In this document: piece after piece, positions 15,663-25,455 of the stretch | Position numbering within the stretch: position 1 is the first letter of the stretch | How the letters are laid out: each line of letters begins with the position of its first letter | Virus record (IMG/VR): IMGVR_UViG_3300033064_001044 | Coordinates: 1,428 to 65,427 of that record | Reading direction: 5' to 3' (one strand) | Length of the DNA: 64,000 nt | Source of the DNA: a virus | Taxonomy: Duplodnaviria > Caudoviricetes | Made by a program: the position numbers and the translations under genes | The notes under the pieces: generated by a model | Databases searched by the model: none | Told to the model about the DNA's origin: nothing | Seen by the model: only the letters and a program-made list of their open reading frames with translations

Positions 15663-17699
15663 TTAGTTGTCTTTGATTAGTTTGACTTCACAGAAGTCTG
15701 TGGTGCAGTAAGCCTCTCCTATAGCGTCAGAAGCCATACCTGCGTACACACCTGAAAAATCTATAGGCATAAGGTTCATGCGACTTTCTTCATACTCAGC
15801 CTCAGTAATTTGTGTGTAAGGCATTTGAGGATACACAGCGTTACCCATAGGCAAGAAAGAGATTGTCTTTAGTTGTCCATCGTGCATGTGAAGGATTGAA
15901 GCAATAGAGTCTGATTCCTTCTCAGGGTCAAAGGTTACAGTTACAGAGACAGAGTTATCTGACCAGTATCGTTGAGTTACAACTGCTAAAGCAACCTTCT
16001 CATAGACAGAGACTTCTTTCTCTGCTCTCTTAGCGGTAGTCTCAATAGGAAAGAACACAACAGAAGTTGTATCAGGAGATTCAGAAGCAGGTTCAACTCT
16101 GTAGTTACCCATTTTGAAAAGCGGAAGCATTGGGTCAGAGTTAGCAAAACGAATTGCTCTATTAAAGAACTTACCACCTGAAGCCCAATGAACTCCAGGA
16201 CTTTCACCAGCAAGGATTGAAACTGTGCCCGAAGGCTTTACTGTTGTCATCTTGATTGACTGACGAATACCAAGCCATTCAGAGTAAGACTCGTCATAAG
16301 CCTTGACTGTAGCGTAACCAGCGTCAAGCCAATCACGAAGCACAGTCCAACCATTGTTATCTGCAAAGTTAGCAATACCTGAAATAGAAGTTCCAATACG
16401 ACGATTGCGTTGCATGATTGCGTTGGTTTCTTCCCAATGTGTAGGAAGAAGAGTTACAGTCTTTGCATACAGATAAGCAAACTTCAATGTTCTTTTAAAA
16501 TCTTCTAAAGAGTCGTGGCGACCTAAGTAAGTCTCAACCAAAGTACAGCACTCAAAAGACTCAAGGCTTTGTTCAGCACAAGGGTTGTACCCTGTTACAC
16601 GCCAGTCTTTGTTGTTAGGTGGGTCAATGAGACGACCATACTTGCGTGATACATCCATCCACACAACTCCAGGCTCACCGTTACGAACAATGCCGTCAAT
16701 AATCTTAGAGAAGTCTGAACCGACCTTAGCCTCTACAGAGTTGTTACTCATCCAAGCCCAACCAGGATTGGCAGGGTCATAAGAGTTACGCTCAGGATAG
16801 ACCTCAGAGTTCTTTAGGTTTAAGAAGTCCTCATCGTCAATGCGACCAATAAGAAGTTCTGCTGAACGGCGAACGTTGCCTGAAACTACGCATACGCCAA
16901 TAAGGTTTCCAATGTCAGCAAGGTCTTTGCGGGTAACTTTCTCTCCAGAACGACCTTTAAACAAGTTCTCAATGTGGTTGTGTAACTTCTTTAGAGGTTC
17001 ATGTCCTGCTGCCGTGCCACCAAAAATTTTGATAGGAGCACCTGCTGGGCGAATCAAAGAGTAGTCAAAGCGTTGCATAGGTTGTTCAGGCTTTAGGTAA
17101 GCGTTTATTAAAGAAGTTACAGACTCAACCCAACCTTCTCTGGTATCTGGGATTACGGTTGTTTCTTCTTCAGCCTTTGGCTCGTAGATAGAGAACTCTT
17201 TGTCAGCACCCTTATCGTCAAAGCCAACACCTACTCCAAGCATGGAAGCCTCCATGAGAAAGGCAAAAGGCTTGGCTGGATTGTTCTTGGTCATTTCGTT
17301 AGTGGATACGAAGGCACAGTTCTGTAGGGCTGCGGAGTTACGCTGTTCATTGACTAAGGGTGTTCCCATCATCCACAGACCTCGACCAGGTGGAGTCCAC
17401 TTCAACTCAAAAAGACGGTCGAAGGCTTCTTTAGCAGAAGCCTGAGCCTTTGCGTCATTCCATGGAAGACGCTGGGATTTAGCATGGTCTTTCTGAAGCG
17501 AGTACATGCCGTTGATTACACGCTCACATACATCAACCCAAGTCTCTTTCGTCCCATCGGATTTTAAACGAGAGTAAGTTCTTAAGAAGGTAATCTCTCC
17601 AACCGAGTTACCTGCAGCATCTCGGTATCCGAAAGGGGCTTTCTTAGAACGGTAACTGGTTACAAAATCTTCGGTAAGTTTGAAAGAAAATAGGGACAT
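15663..17699 (-). CDS. nrdJ: class II (adenosylcobalamin-dependent) ribonucleoside-triphosphate reductase
   Basis: PPGRGLW, ALQNCAF, GNVRRSA, NPCAEQ, TTVKPSGT, C-terminal CTTDFC. Confidence 0.95.
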   Translation of the reverse strand: MSLFSFKLTEDFVTSYRSKKAPFGYRDAAGNSVGEITFLRTYSRLKSDGTKETWVDVCERVINGMYSLQKDHAKSQRLPWNDAKAQASAKEAFDRLFELKWTPPGRGLWMMGTPLVNEQRNSAALQNCAFVSTNEMTKNNPAKPFAFLMEASMLGVGVGFDDKGADKEFSIYEPKAEEETTVIPDTREGWVESVTSLINAYLKPEQPMQRFDYSLIRPAGAPIKIFGGTAAGHEPLKKLHNHIENLFKGRSGEKVTRKDLADIGNLIGVCVVSGNVRRSAELLIGRIDDEDFLNLKNSEVYPERNSYDPANPGWAWMSNNSVEAKVGSDFSKIIDGIVRNGEPGVVWMDVSRKYGRLIDPPNNKDWRVTGYNPCAEQSLESFECCTLVETYLGRHDSLEDFKRTLKFAYLYAKTVTLLPTHWEETNAIMQRNRRIGTSISGIANFADNNGWTVLRDWLDAGYATVKAYDESYSEWLGIRQSIKMTTVKPSGTVSILAGESPGVHWASGGKFFNRAIRFANSDPMLPLFKMGNYRVEPASESPDTTSVVFFPIETTAKRAEKEVSVYEKVALAVVTQRYWSDNSVSVTVTFDPEKESDSIASILHMHDGQLKTISFLPMGNAVYPQMPYTQITEAEYEESRMNLMPIDFSGVYAGMASDAIGEAYCTTDFCEVKLIKDN

Positions 17700-17825
17700 A
17701 AGGAGAGCCTTTCGGGTTGGATTTAAATAAAGATAAGGGGCAATTTAATCGTACTTGTACTACTCACACACCTGATAACAGCGACTACCCAAGTTCAATA
17801 CTTCAGTAGCACTGTTATCAGATAA

Positions 17826-19343
17826 TTACTCTAGGCTTTGTTGAATGATTTTGTTAGTTTCATTAGCGGTCAAACCACCGTTTGGAAGGTCTTTTAGAGC
17901 CTGTGCTCTGTCACCAAAAATGGCTGAAAGTACTCCTCCTGACGACTGCCGTTCAGCAGTAATTCTAATGAACTCTCGGTTCTCTTCTAACTCTTTCATG
18001 CCCTTGACCAGTTTGAAAAGACGGTCAATTTCCTGTGATGTGTTTGGGTCAGGGTAACCACCATTGAGTTCTTCTGCAAACCGAGAGAAAGCAACTCTTG
18101 CTCCCTGCATCTCAATAACAGTATTTAATAAGGCTTTTAATTGTTCTTTAGTCTTTATCTCAACAGGTAGGTTGAAGGCACAACTGTTCTGAGGTTTGAA
18201 GGCTGGACAGTTAGAAGCAACGAAACAGGTGTCACATTGTCTTAGAGAAGTCCCTGTTGTTTGAACCATTGGAACGTCTTTAAGGACTTCGTTACCCTCG
18301 TCATCGACATCAACAATGGTCTTCATTTTGTAACCAAAGACAGGGAGGTTTGTTATCTCTTCTGGGTCTCTTTCTATGAGTTTTTTAGGCTCTTCAAGTG
18401 CTGAATCTTTCCGCACTTCAAGGTCACTGTTATCAGAAGCACCCCCCCATGTTTCCGCGAAAGTACTCATAAGGGGTGTATCGCTGTTATCAGATAATAA
18501 GGGGTCATTACCGCCTTCAATAATGTGAAGGTCAGGGCGTTTTTTATCCATTGAGGACTCCAATTGTTTGTAAGACCATACGGCAATCTTAGATGACTCA
18601 ACGCCATCGTTTTCTAAAAACTCCTCAAAGTCTAGTCCTGCTTTGGTTACTACGGCTTTATACCGTGGTCTGGCTTGAGCCATCATCTTTTTAGGGTAAC
18701 GAACAATCTGCTTGCCATCCCAAATGATGGTCTCACCGTTTCGCATAGGAGACAGCCATGAAAGGGTTGTGGAGGTTGAAAAAGGTATCTGACGTAGGTT
18801 GTCTGGCTTGGCTGAACCTAGAGCGTGGAACTTCGTACCCTGCTGGGCTACAAGGGCTTTTGTGACCCCTGCAAGGGTCGTAACAGACTCAATAGTGGCG
18901 TGGGGTATGGCGACATTACGATAGGTCTTAGACCACTCTCTGAGGCTTTGAAGCCCGTAAACCTCATGCCAAACAACCCACAGTTTTGGGTCGTGTTCGT
19001 AAGAGGCTCGCTCTTGAAGTACCCAATCTAACCCCAAAACCTGTGAGTCAAACTCAACAAACCCACTGATGCGTTCCAGGTTGTTTGCTACAAAATCTTG
19101 GTATTCGGCTGCTAAAGAAGTTAGTTCTCTCATTGAGAGGTTATCTCTTTCTGCCTGGGCCACACCAGAGTCTAAGATGACTTTAACTTCTTCTGGGAAA
19201 TGCTCAGAGACTAGCCACAACTTAGTCTTTGGAAGGTATCTCTTCTTTAGAGCGTAAAACGACAGGCTCATAACTTCTACAGACATTCCTTCTAGAAGGG
19301 TACGGTTGCTACCAACCTCTGCTCCACCAAAAATAATCTTCAT
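17826..19343 (-). CDS. TGT/DpdA-like TIM-barrel protein fused to a 4-Cys cluster and helical tail
   Basis: VILDSG, KFHALG and PF..S...SW..P.R.G motifs; CDTCFVASNCPAF...C. Confidence 0.55.
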   Translation of the reverse strand: MKIIFGGAEVGSNRTLLEGMSVEVMSLSFYALKKRYLPKTKLWLVSEHFPEEVKVILDSGVAQAERDNLSMRELTSLAAEYQDFVANNLERISGFVEFDSQVLGLDWVLQERASYEHDPKLWVVWHEVYGLQSLREWSKTYRNVAIPHATIESVTTLAGVTKALVAQQGTKFHALGSAKPDNLRQIPFSTSTTLSWLSPMRNGETIIWDGKQIVRYPKKMMAQARPRYKAVVTKAGLDFEEFLENDGVESSKIAVWSYKQLESSMDKKRPDLHIIEGGNDPLLSDNSDTPLMSTFAETWGGASDNSDLEVRKDSALEEPKKLIERDPEEITNLPVFGYKMKTIVDVDDEGNEVLKDVPMVQTTGTSLRQCDTCFVASNCPAFKPQNSCAFNLPVEIKTKEQLKALLNTVIEMQGARVAFSRFAEELNGGYPDPNTSQEIDRLFKLVKGMKELEENREFIRITAERQSSGGVLSAIFGDRAQALKDLPNGGLTANETNKIIQQSLE

Positions 19344-19831
19344 TAGTCATACCTGATAAATGATGTGTCTGCTTTTGAAGCGTCTAAAGAACGCTTGATG
19401 TTTCTTTTGGTTATCACTGCTTCTATAGAATCCCAAGCCCGAACCTTTGTGGGTGAATCTGGGCGATTAGATAGGTTCATAGTGTCTGGATTAGCAAACA
19501 ATAAAGAAGGTAGCCCTTGCCCAAAGGTCCAAGCACATAGCCCTGGGTCTGCACTTACAACTAACTCCACAGGATTTTTTGACCGTGCTAAATTAACTTG
19601 GCGTTGCCCTAGTTCTTCACCAATTAACTCGTAGGTGTTGTCTATCAACTCATCGTATCCAATGAATCCATTGACCATAAGCCAATGCTCTGCGTCTTTC
19701 TTAGACCAAGAGGTAAATATTGCTACACGATTGTTTGTTCTTAAGGCATAGTAAAGGAGAGCACCAGTTCTATTTGGATTGTCTGTGTTATCCGAACTTA
19801 GTACCCCTTCTAGTGCTACGAGTATGTTCAC
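19343..19831 (-). CDS. degenerate HAD-fold protein
   Basis: ILVALEGVL in place of DxDGVL; AIFTS and HWLMVNGF resemble PNKP-type phosphatases. Confidence 0.55.
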   Translation of the reverse strand: MNILVALEGVLSSDNTDNPNRTGALLYYALRTNNRVAIFTSWSKKDAEHWLMVNGFIGYDELIDNTYELIGEELGQRQVNLARSKNPVELVVSADPGLCAWTFGQGLPSLLFANPDTMNLSNRPDSPTKVRAWDSIEAVITKRNIKRSLDASKADTSFIRYD

Positions 19832-19837
19832 TTAGTC

Positions 19838-20779
19838 CTATCTTCCCGCCCTATACGTTAAGGCTCTTCGCACCAACGTTCTATCGTCAGGTAGCGTAAC
19901 TCCGTAAGTCTGTAGTTCGTTTGACTCTTTAACGGAGTCTAAATAATCTTTTAATGTTTTAAGAGCAACAATCGTTCCAAGTCTTTTCCCTGCTTGCCAA
20001 CGATAGTTATAAAAATCTCCGTAACCTTCTCCTGTTTCAGAAAAGGCTTTTTTACGACTGCTGTGTATGTCTTCCCACAACGCAGAGGCTTGTTCTAGTA
20101 GAGCCATTAGTTGAACTTCGGCATTTCTACGACCAGCAGGATTAACGGCTGCTTGTAAAGTAGTAACAATCTGTGAGTAACGAGAGACTATTTCAAGAGC
20201 CTTGTCACGGTCTTTTTCTGCTGCTTGTTCCCACGCAGGTTGGTCAGCACCATGAGCATCTGGGTTGGGGTGGACAGTCCATTCGCTATGAGTTAAATCG
20301 TATGCAGCATAAGGTTTAATAATTCTAATATCTGTAGCACCAGGATTAACGTAGAAGGTAACTTCAAAACCTTCCCAACGTTTAGTGTTGGGCATCAACC
20401 CCACTCTAAAGTCTTCGTTTAACATTCGGCTAATTTCAACATCTGATAACCCCATGTAGTCTGGGTTTAATTTTTTAAAGGTGAGGTAATCAACCCCAAC
20501 AAGAACATCTAGGTCTCCTGGGTCACGCTGTACTTTCCATTGGTAAGAAACACCAGAACCAGCAATCCAAGTTGTTGACCAAAGATTGGGGTACATGTAT
20601 TTTGTAGCCAAAAAGTCATTTAACATTCTTAACAGACTATTGCGTACCCAACCTTTTAATACATCTCCGTCAAATAACACTGGGTCAAGGGTTTTTTCGG
20701 GTTCGCTAAAATACGAAGTGGTTGACTCTGCCAAAGTGACTGAGCCAACCACCCGATTTAGAGCGTCGTTGCGGTTCAT
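19838..20779 (-). CDS. Pol-beta superfamily nucleotidyltransferase
   Basis: IAGSGVSYQW...GDLDVLV motif; later EVTFYV strand. Confidence 0.8.
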   Translation of the reverse strand: MNRNDALNRVVGSVTLAESTTSYFSEPEKTLDPVLFDGDVLKGWVRNSLLRMLNDFLATKYMYPNLWSTTWIAGSGVSYQWKVQRDPGDLDVLVGVDYLTFKKLNPDYMGLSDVEISRMLNEDFRVGLMPNTKRWEGFEVTFYVNPGATDIRIIKPYAAYDLTHSEWTVHPNPDAHGADQPAWEQAAEKDRDKALEIVSRYSQIVTTLQAAVNPAGRRNAEVQLMALLEQASALWEDIHSSRKKAFSETGEGYGDFYNYRWQAGKRLGTIVALKTLKDYLDSVKESNELQTYGVTLPDDRTLVRRALTYRAGR

Positions 20780-20788
20780 GCTTTTAGT

Positions 20789-21004
20789 TTACTCGTCATT
20801 GTCCTCGTTGAAAGGCTGGATGAATCTCTTTTTCATTGGTCTGTGTGCTTCATTCTCTACAGAAGGTGGTTTGATAAACCCACACGTTGTATGAGCAGCA
20901 GTAAACCTATGGGTGAGATGCCAGATTTGTTCGCTTTCTTTGTCATCTCCTGCAATGGAAATGGAACTTTCACAGCCTCCACAAGACATCTCTATAGTAA
21001 TCAT
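20789..21004 (-). CDS. small Zn-binding protein
   Basis: CGGC...HxxC. Confidence 0.65.
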   Translation of the reverse strand: MITIEMSCGGCESSISIAGDDKESEQIWHLTHRFTAAHTTCGFIKPPSVENEAHRPMKKRFIQPFNEDNDE

Positions 21005-21333
21005 TAGTCTTCGATTACCTCAGCATCGGCTGCAAACTCAATCGTTTGCTCACCAGCATTGAATTCAACTCCACGAGCCTTCAGAGCCTCGGAAACCTTG
21101 TCACTTACTGTTTGCTCACGTTGGTTAAGAACGTTGAGAACGCCACCAATTACTCGGTCTGCAAGTAGTTGTGCTTCAATGTCTGAAGAAATTTCACGAC
21201 ACACCTTGTAGATGTCAAAAGTGTTTGGAACCTTATTTGGCTCAAAACCATCTTCAGGCATGTCCTTGTGAGTTTGAATTGTTCCATCTTCTTGAACTTC
21301 AATAATGAAGTAGAAGTCAGTTTTATTAGTCAT
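21004..21333 (-). CDS. hypothetical protein
   Basis: 109 aa, coupled ORF. Confidence 0.75.
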   Translation of the reverse strand: MTNKTDFYFIIEVQEDGTIQTHKDMPEDGFEPNKVPNTFDIYKVCREISSDIEAQLLADRVIGGVLNVLNQREQTVSDKVSEALKARGVEFNAGEQTIEFAADAEVIED

Positions 21334-21890
21334 TAGTCGTATAGTCCCATCAGTTGTCGTTTACGTTGTACTACCTTACTATGGATTGGACAGAAGTGGC
21401 ACAGGTAGTTTTTTGGACCTGTATCCCCTATTTTATCCATACCCAATTCTTTTCTTTCTTTTGCTGTGTCTGGTAACAGTCTCTTACGTTCGGATTGGTA
21501 CTCATCACAATTGTCTTGAGGCTTGTTCTTTTGTTTCCAACAAGACATAGCGTCTTCACCAAATTGGCTCTTAGTATCGTAAAAAGTATCATCAATTTCA
21601 GCAAGACCTTTAGACCCTCCGCCTTTAATTTGACGGATAACGTCTTTACGGGCATCGGTGTTCATCCATACTTTTAAGGGAACAATAAAAAGAAGACCTT
21701 TGTGTTCTTCTCCTGAAGGAAACCTATGTTTTTCACAAGCAATCTGGAGTAAGTGGTCTTCTTCTGGTTTGCCATTAAATGGCGGAAGTTCTTCTATAGA
21801 AGAACAGACTTTACAATTCAATAATCGTAGAACAGGACCTAAGTTTTGGTCCTCTGGTTTACGAGTACCTAATAGAGGTACATCTCCCAT
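21333..21890 (-). CDS. hypothetical Zn-binding protein
   Basis: CKVC and YLCHFCP; AAGGAG RBS. Confidence 0.8.
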   Translation of the reverse strand: MGDVPLLGTRKPEDQNLGPVLRLLNCKVCSSIEELPPFNGKPEEDHLLQIACEKHRFPSGEEHKGLLFIVPLKVWMNTDARKDVIRQIKGGGSKGLAEIDDTFYDTKSQFGEDAMSCWKQKNKPQDNCDEYQSERKRLLPDTAKERKELGMDKIGDTGPKNYLCHFCPIHSKVVQRKRQLMGLYD

Positions 21891-21927
21891 GTTGTGCTCC
21901 TTGTAATTAGTGGTTTATCGTATCAGA

Positions 21928-22320
21928 TTAAGAGTTCCAGAGTCCTTGCTCTTGCGTTTCTGAGGTTGCTTTTTGTTTTGCAGCACGTTTTGCATTACGG
22001 GCTTCCATCTTAACTTCACGTCCACTTTTAACGCCAATAGCACGTCGAACAATGGATTGATGCTTGCCAGTAGATGGGCTGTGGGAAACGTCTGGATAAA
22101 TCCAACCACCTTCATGGTGAACGGCAATTGGGGTGTTGTAAGACTTAACGTGGTAATCGGTTGTGTTTGCTACCTTTGCCATTTGTTCTGAAAACTGGGT
22201 CTGGTTTAACCAACCGTGTGAGGCTGGTGCTCCCTTTACGCCTTCCATATTAGAACCCTTAAAAGGTTCACGTGCTGAAATTAGTGGTCCAGCATTTGTA
22301 TTAGAAGTTTTTTTAGCCAT
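21928..22320 (-). CDS. hypothetical protein (SYNTPIA...STGKHQ type)
   Basis: 130 aa; ends EQGLWNS. Confidence 0.75.
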   Translation of the reverse strand: MAKKTSNTNAGPLISAREPFKGSNMEGVKGAPASHGWLNQTQFSEQMAKVANTTDYHVKSYNTPIAVHHEGGWIYPDVSHSPSTGKHQSIVRRAIGVKSGREVKMEARNAKRAAKQKATSETQEQGLWNS

Positions 22321-22322
22321 GA

Positions 22323-22538
22323 TTAAAGGTAATCCCTTCCCTTTGAACGTCTTTTTTTATTACGTGGGGCAAATGCCATTCCTTTAATACGGTCTGCATG
22401 TAATTCAGTTGCTTTTTCTTTAGACTCCGTTTGATAAATAGCCCCACCAACATCATTACGGTCATTGGTTGCTTCAACGTGAATACCGTTTTTACGTTGG
22501 GAAGCAACGTACTTGCGACGGTCGTTGAATTCAATCAT
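22323..22538 (-). CDS. small basic protein
   Basis: Starts MIEFNDRRK; AGGT RBS. Confidence 0.7.
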   Translation of the reverse strand: MIEFNDRRKYVASQRKNGIHVEATNDRNDVGGAIYQTESKEKATELHADRIKGMAFAPRNKKRRSKGRDYL

Positions 22539-22540
22539 GA

Positions 22541-22747
22541 TTACTTACCTGGGTTTACCTGGTCAGGATGTTCTGTAGTTACAAATCCATAGTTGAAGAA
22601 TGGGTGCAATGATTGACGATTGCGTAGTGTTTCTTCTGAACCTGCACCTGCAATAACTTCTGTATTAGGACGTGCCTTACGGTACTTACCATCTGTTGCA
22701 CCAGCATCTAGTGACTGGTTCATTGAACGTGATGAGTTAACTGCCAT
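22541..22747 (-). CDS. small hypothetical protein
   Basis: 68 aa in the operon, AGGT RBS. Confidence 0.75.
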   Translation of the reverse strand: MAVNSSRSMNQSLDAGATDGKYRKARPNTEVIAGAGSEETLRNRQSLHPFFNYGFVTTEHPDQVNPGK

Positions 22748-22749
22748 GA

Positions 22750-23115
22750 TTACTTACCTGCCTTTGGTAGATACTTCTTCTGTTGTCCACGTGCGTTCAT
22801 CTTTGCATCTGATTTGCGATAAGCAGGACCGTCATAACCTTTAACGTCTGCAGCCTGGTCAACTTTTTTTGTTGCACGAGCAACACGCTGTGCTCTAGAA
22901 CCAGTAACTCCAGGGTTATCTACAGGACCATACTTGGTTTGTTCTGCATTAACTTCTGACTGTACGGCAGAACGTTCTGCTTTGCCAAACTCTCTTTGTC
23001 CAGGGCTAGTTGTGGTTGCTCTTAATGTGCCACGTTTTGCCATAGCAGAAAGTTGTGCTTTGGTTGTATCGCTGGCAGCCTTCTTTGCTTTACGACGGTC
23101 ATTCCATGCAATCAT
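22750..23115 (-). CDS. basic low-complexity protein
   Basis: Starts MIAWNDRRK; AGGAG RBS. Confidence 0.75.
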   Translation of the reverse strand: MIAWNDRRKAKKAASDTTKAQLSAMAKRGTLRATTTSPGQREFGKAERSAVQSEVNAEQTKYGPVDNPGVTGSRAQRVARATKKVDQAADVKGYDGPAYRKSDAKMNARGQQKKYLPKAGK

Positions 23116-23789
23116 TGTGAATCTCCTTGTGGTCTGTTTGCATCACGACGTGTTTGGCGGTCAGCCTCTACAGACCTGATGATGCCCAGTCTACCGTGAA
23201 GTGCTTTCTGTGTTTCTATTAAACCCTGAGCAGATTTTGCTGAGGGGGTATGAACAAATCCTTTGGCTAAACCTAAAATTCCATGTATTTCTGGGGACAT
23301 TTGACCCACAGCAGCATGAACCATATTGAAATCAGCATGGTGGTCGTGATACTCGTCAGTCCCACGGGTCTCTTGCATACGTCCTAATAACTTAGTGGCA
23401 TGGTTGGTCAGGGCTTGAATTTGAACAAACCGTCCTTGACGTGCACCTTTTTTAATAGGAGCAACGCCTCCTCTATAAACACTTGCTTTGCCACTACTAC
23501 GAGGGGCAGTTGGAGTAACAGGTGTTGCAGGTAATTCAGTAGTTGTTGCTGCTGTGACATCTGCTTCAGTAACTTGACGAACTCTTCCGTCTCCTGTTGA
23601 AACTATTCTACCTTTTTTAGGTGTAACAATTTTTCCAGTGTTCTTATCAATCTTTTTTCCTGTACGAGTTTTGCTGCGTTTTTTAGGAGTTGGTGTTACT
23701 GGAGAATTGGCTTTACCACTTGCACCCACAAAGTTAGGTAAACCAGTTGGTCCTGGAGTTACTGGCTTCTTAGGAAATAGTGGAGACAT
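23112..23789 (-). CDS. basic P/T/K-rich protein
   Basis: 225 aa, coupled ORF. Confidence 0.75.
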   Translation of the reverse strand: MSPLFPKKPVTPGPTGLPNFVGASGKANSPVTPTPKKRSKTRTGKKIDKNTGKIVTPKKGRIVSTGDGRVRQVTEADVTAATTTELPATPVTPTAPRSSGKASVYRGGVAPIKKGARQGRFVQIQALTNHATKLLGRMQETRGTDEYHDHHADFNMVHAAVGQMSPEIHGILGLAKGFVHTPSAKSAQGLIETQKALHGRLGIIRSVEADRQTRRDANRPQGDSQ

Positions 23790-23989
23790 TATGCCATCCT
23801 ATTTTTTAAACGCTTTGCACTATGTTGTGCATAACACTCTGGACATAATCCTTTGCTGTACATAGCAGCAACAGGAGACATTATTAATCCGCATTGTGGG
23901 CAAGGGTGTGCACCTTTATATTTTAGCATGTTGTCTACAACACGCTTTGCTTGCATTTCTAAAGGGTATGAGCCGTCTTCTGTATCCAT
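23789..23989 (-). CDS. small zinc-finger protein
   Basis: CPQCG...LCPEC. Confidence 0.75.
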   Translation of the reverse strand: MDTEDGSYPLEMQAKRVVDNMLKYKGAHPCPQCGLIMSPVAAMYSKGLCPECYAQHSAKRLKNRMA

Positions 23990-24354
23990 TAGTTGTTCCC
24001 CAAATCATTACGTGCTGAACCTGAATAACCAGCGACACCACCTGAAAACCAAGTAATACGTGGTTCTACGTAGTTGCGGTCAATAGTAACTATGTCATCA
24101 ATTCCAAACATTTTGCGGTTATATCCGTACTTTTCTGGAAATAATCTAATCTGTGGCAATGGTGGACGTACCATTCTTTGAATGTCTGCTCCTGGAACAT
24201 TCATAACCATCAATGCTTGAGAAACTAAACGTTCTTGATTTGATGACCAAGGTCCGTTGTACTGCCAACGCTTTGCTACTTGGTCAGGTTGAAACGGTGG
24301 TCGTTTAGCCCATGGCTTAGTGTGGTCATAACGACCGTCTGCTTTTTGTGTCAT
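23989..24354 (-). CDS. hypothetical protein
   Basis: 121 aa, coupled ORF. Confidence 0.75.
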   Translation of the reverse strand: MTQKADGRYDHTKPWAKRPPFQPDQVAKRWQYNGPWSSNQERLVSQALMVMNVPGADIQRMVRPPLPQIRLFPEKYGYNRKMFGIDDIVTIDRNYVEPRITWFSGGVAGYSGSARNDLGNN

Positions 24355-24355
24355 G

Positions 24356-24886
24356 TTATCTCCACGCTGGTCTCATGTTTATAAGACGACCGCTACTTTG
24401 TTTAGCGTAAATAGCACCTGGTTCATCTGCACGTTTGTTTGTCTTACCATCGTTAACTAAGTGTGGGGCTGGAGTTAGTGTAACTTCTGGTGAGTTTCTT
24501 TCTGAATAATATACAACCACACCTTTAGAGGTATCCACCTTTGATTTCATTTGTCGTGTGATTCCACGGGTTGGTTGTAATTCTAAGGGCCAGTAGTACA
24601 TAGAAGGTTCGATACGTTCACCTTTATGTACACCACGCTGGTACGCTTTTTTATTAACATTGTTTTTAACTGAATCTAATAGTCTGTCATCACGACGACG
24701 AGTTATAAGAGTTCCAAGATAACCGTCTGGATACTCTGCGGAGGGAACACGACCAACACCAAGGCGTTGAAAATCTAGGTTAGAGCGAACTGCTGGTCCA
24801 CCGTAACCACCTTGGTTGTTGTACCCGTTTAATCCACCAGCACCAAGGGATTGCCAGTTTTGATTAGGGCTTAAGTTTCCTAACAT
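24356..24886 (-). CDS. hypothetical protein
   Basis: 176 aa; YPDGYLG and YQRGVHKGERI segments. Confidence 0.75.
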   Translation of the reverse strand: MLGNLSPNQNWQSLGAGGLNGYNNQGGYGGPAVRSNLDFQRLGVGRVPSAEYPDGYLGTLITRRRDDRLLDSVKNNVNKKAYQRGVHKGERIEPSMYYWPLELQPTRGITRQMKSKVDTSKGVVVYYSERNSPEVTLTPAPHLVNDGKTNKRADEPGAIYAKQSSGRLINMRPAWR

Positions 24887-25434
24887 TATTTTTGTCTTTT
24901 CCCTTCCTGATAATCAGGATTGCTAACTTCAGACATGTTTTTCATATCCCAAATTGCTTTTTCATTTCTTTTTTTAGCATGAGACATGGCTTCTTCTATT
25001 CCACCATAACCACCAGAGGCATCAACTTGCACTCCCTTGTGTGGTGCATCAGAATCAACCCAGGAACCAATGTTTGTAGTTTCACGGTTGCCTGTAGCCT
25101 GTCGTAAACGAGTTACGTGTTGGATAACATCAAGTGGGCTTAACCCAGGGCTAGATGTAGAACCCTTTGGTTTGCGACCAACGTATGCTGTCTTAATTCT
25201 TTTACCTGCTGTGTTCTTTTCTCCGCCAACAAAATATGCTGAATCCCCAGGACTTGCAATGTTCCAAGTCTTTGTGTTCATGGAAGCACCGCCACCTGTG
25301 TTTGTAGCGTGAGCAAATAGAACAGCACTTACAACAGGATGGCTGCTTGAAGGGGGCTTCATAGCCTCTTCTAAGCGTTGTTTCATGATGGCTTGGTTCT
25401 TCTTGCTACGGCTTGGCATACGTACATAATCCAA
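24886..25434 (-). CDS. hypothetical protein
   Basis: IGSWVD...VDAS...NEKAIWD pattern; start uncertain. Confidence 0.7.
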   Translation of the reverse strand: MDYVRMPSRSKKNQAIMKQRLEEAMKPPSSSHPVVSAVLFAHATNTGGGASMNTKTWNIASPGDSAYFVGGEKNTAGKRIKTAYVGRKPKGSTSSPGLSPLDVIQHVTRLRQATGNRETTNIGSWVDSDAPHKGVQVDASGGYGGIEEAMSHAKKRNEKAIWDMKNMSEVSNPDYQEGKRQK

Positions 25435-25455
25435 TGAAGGTGTTAAACTGTCTGT

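Noticed and set aside
12200-17720. Local abundance of AAGCC/AGCCT on the + strand
   Set aside because: Largely explained by AGCT avoidance (AAA GCC instead of AAA GCT) and two coding tandem repeats; not separable from background without computation.
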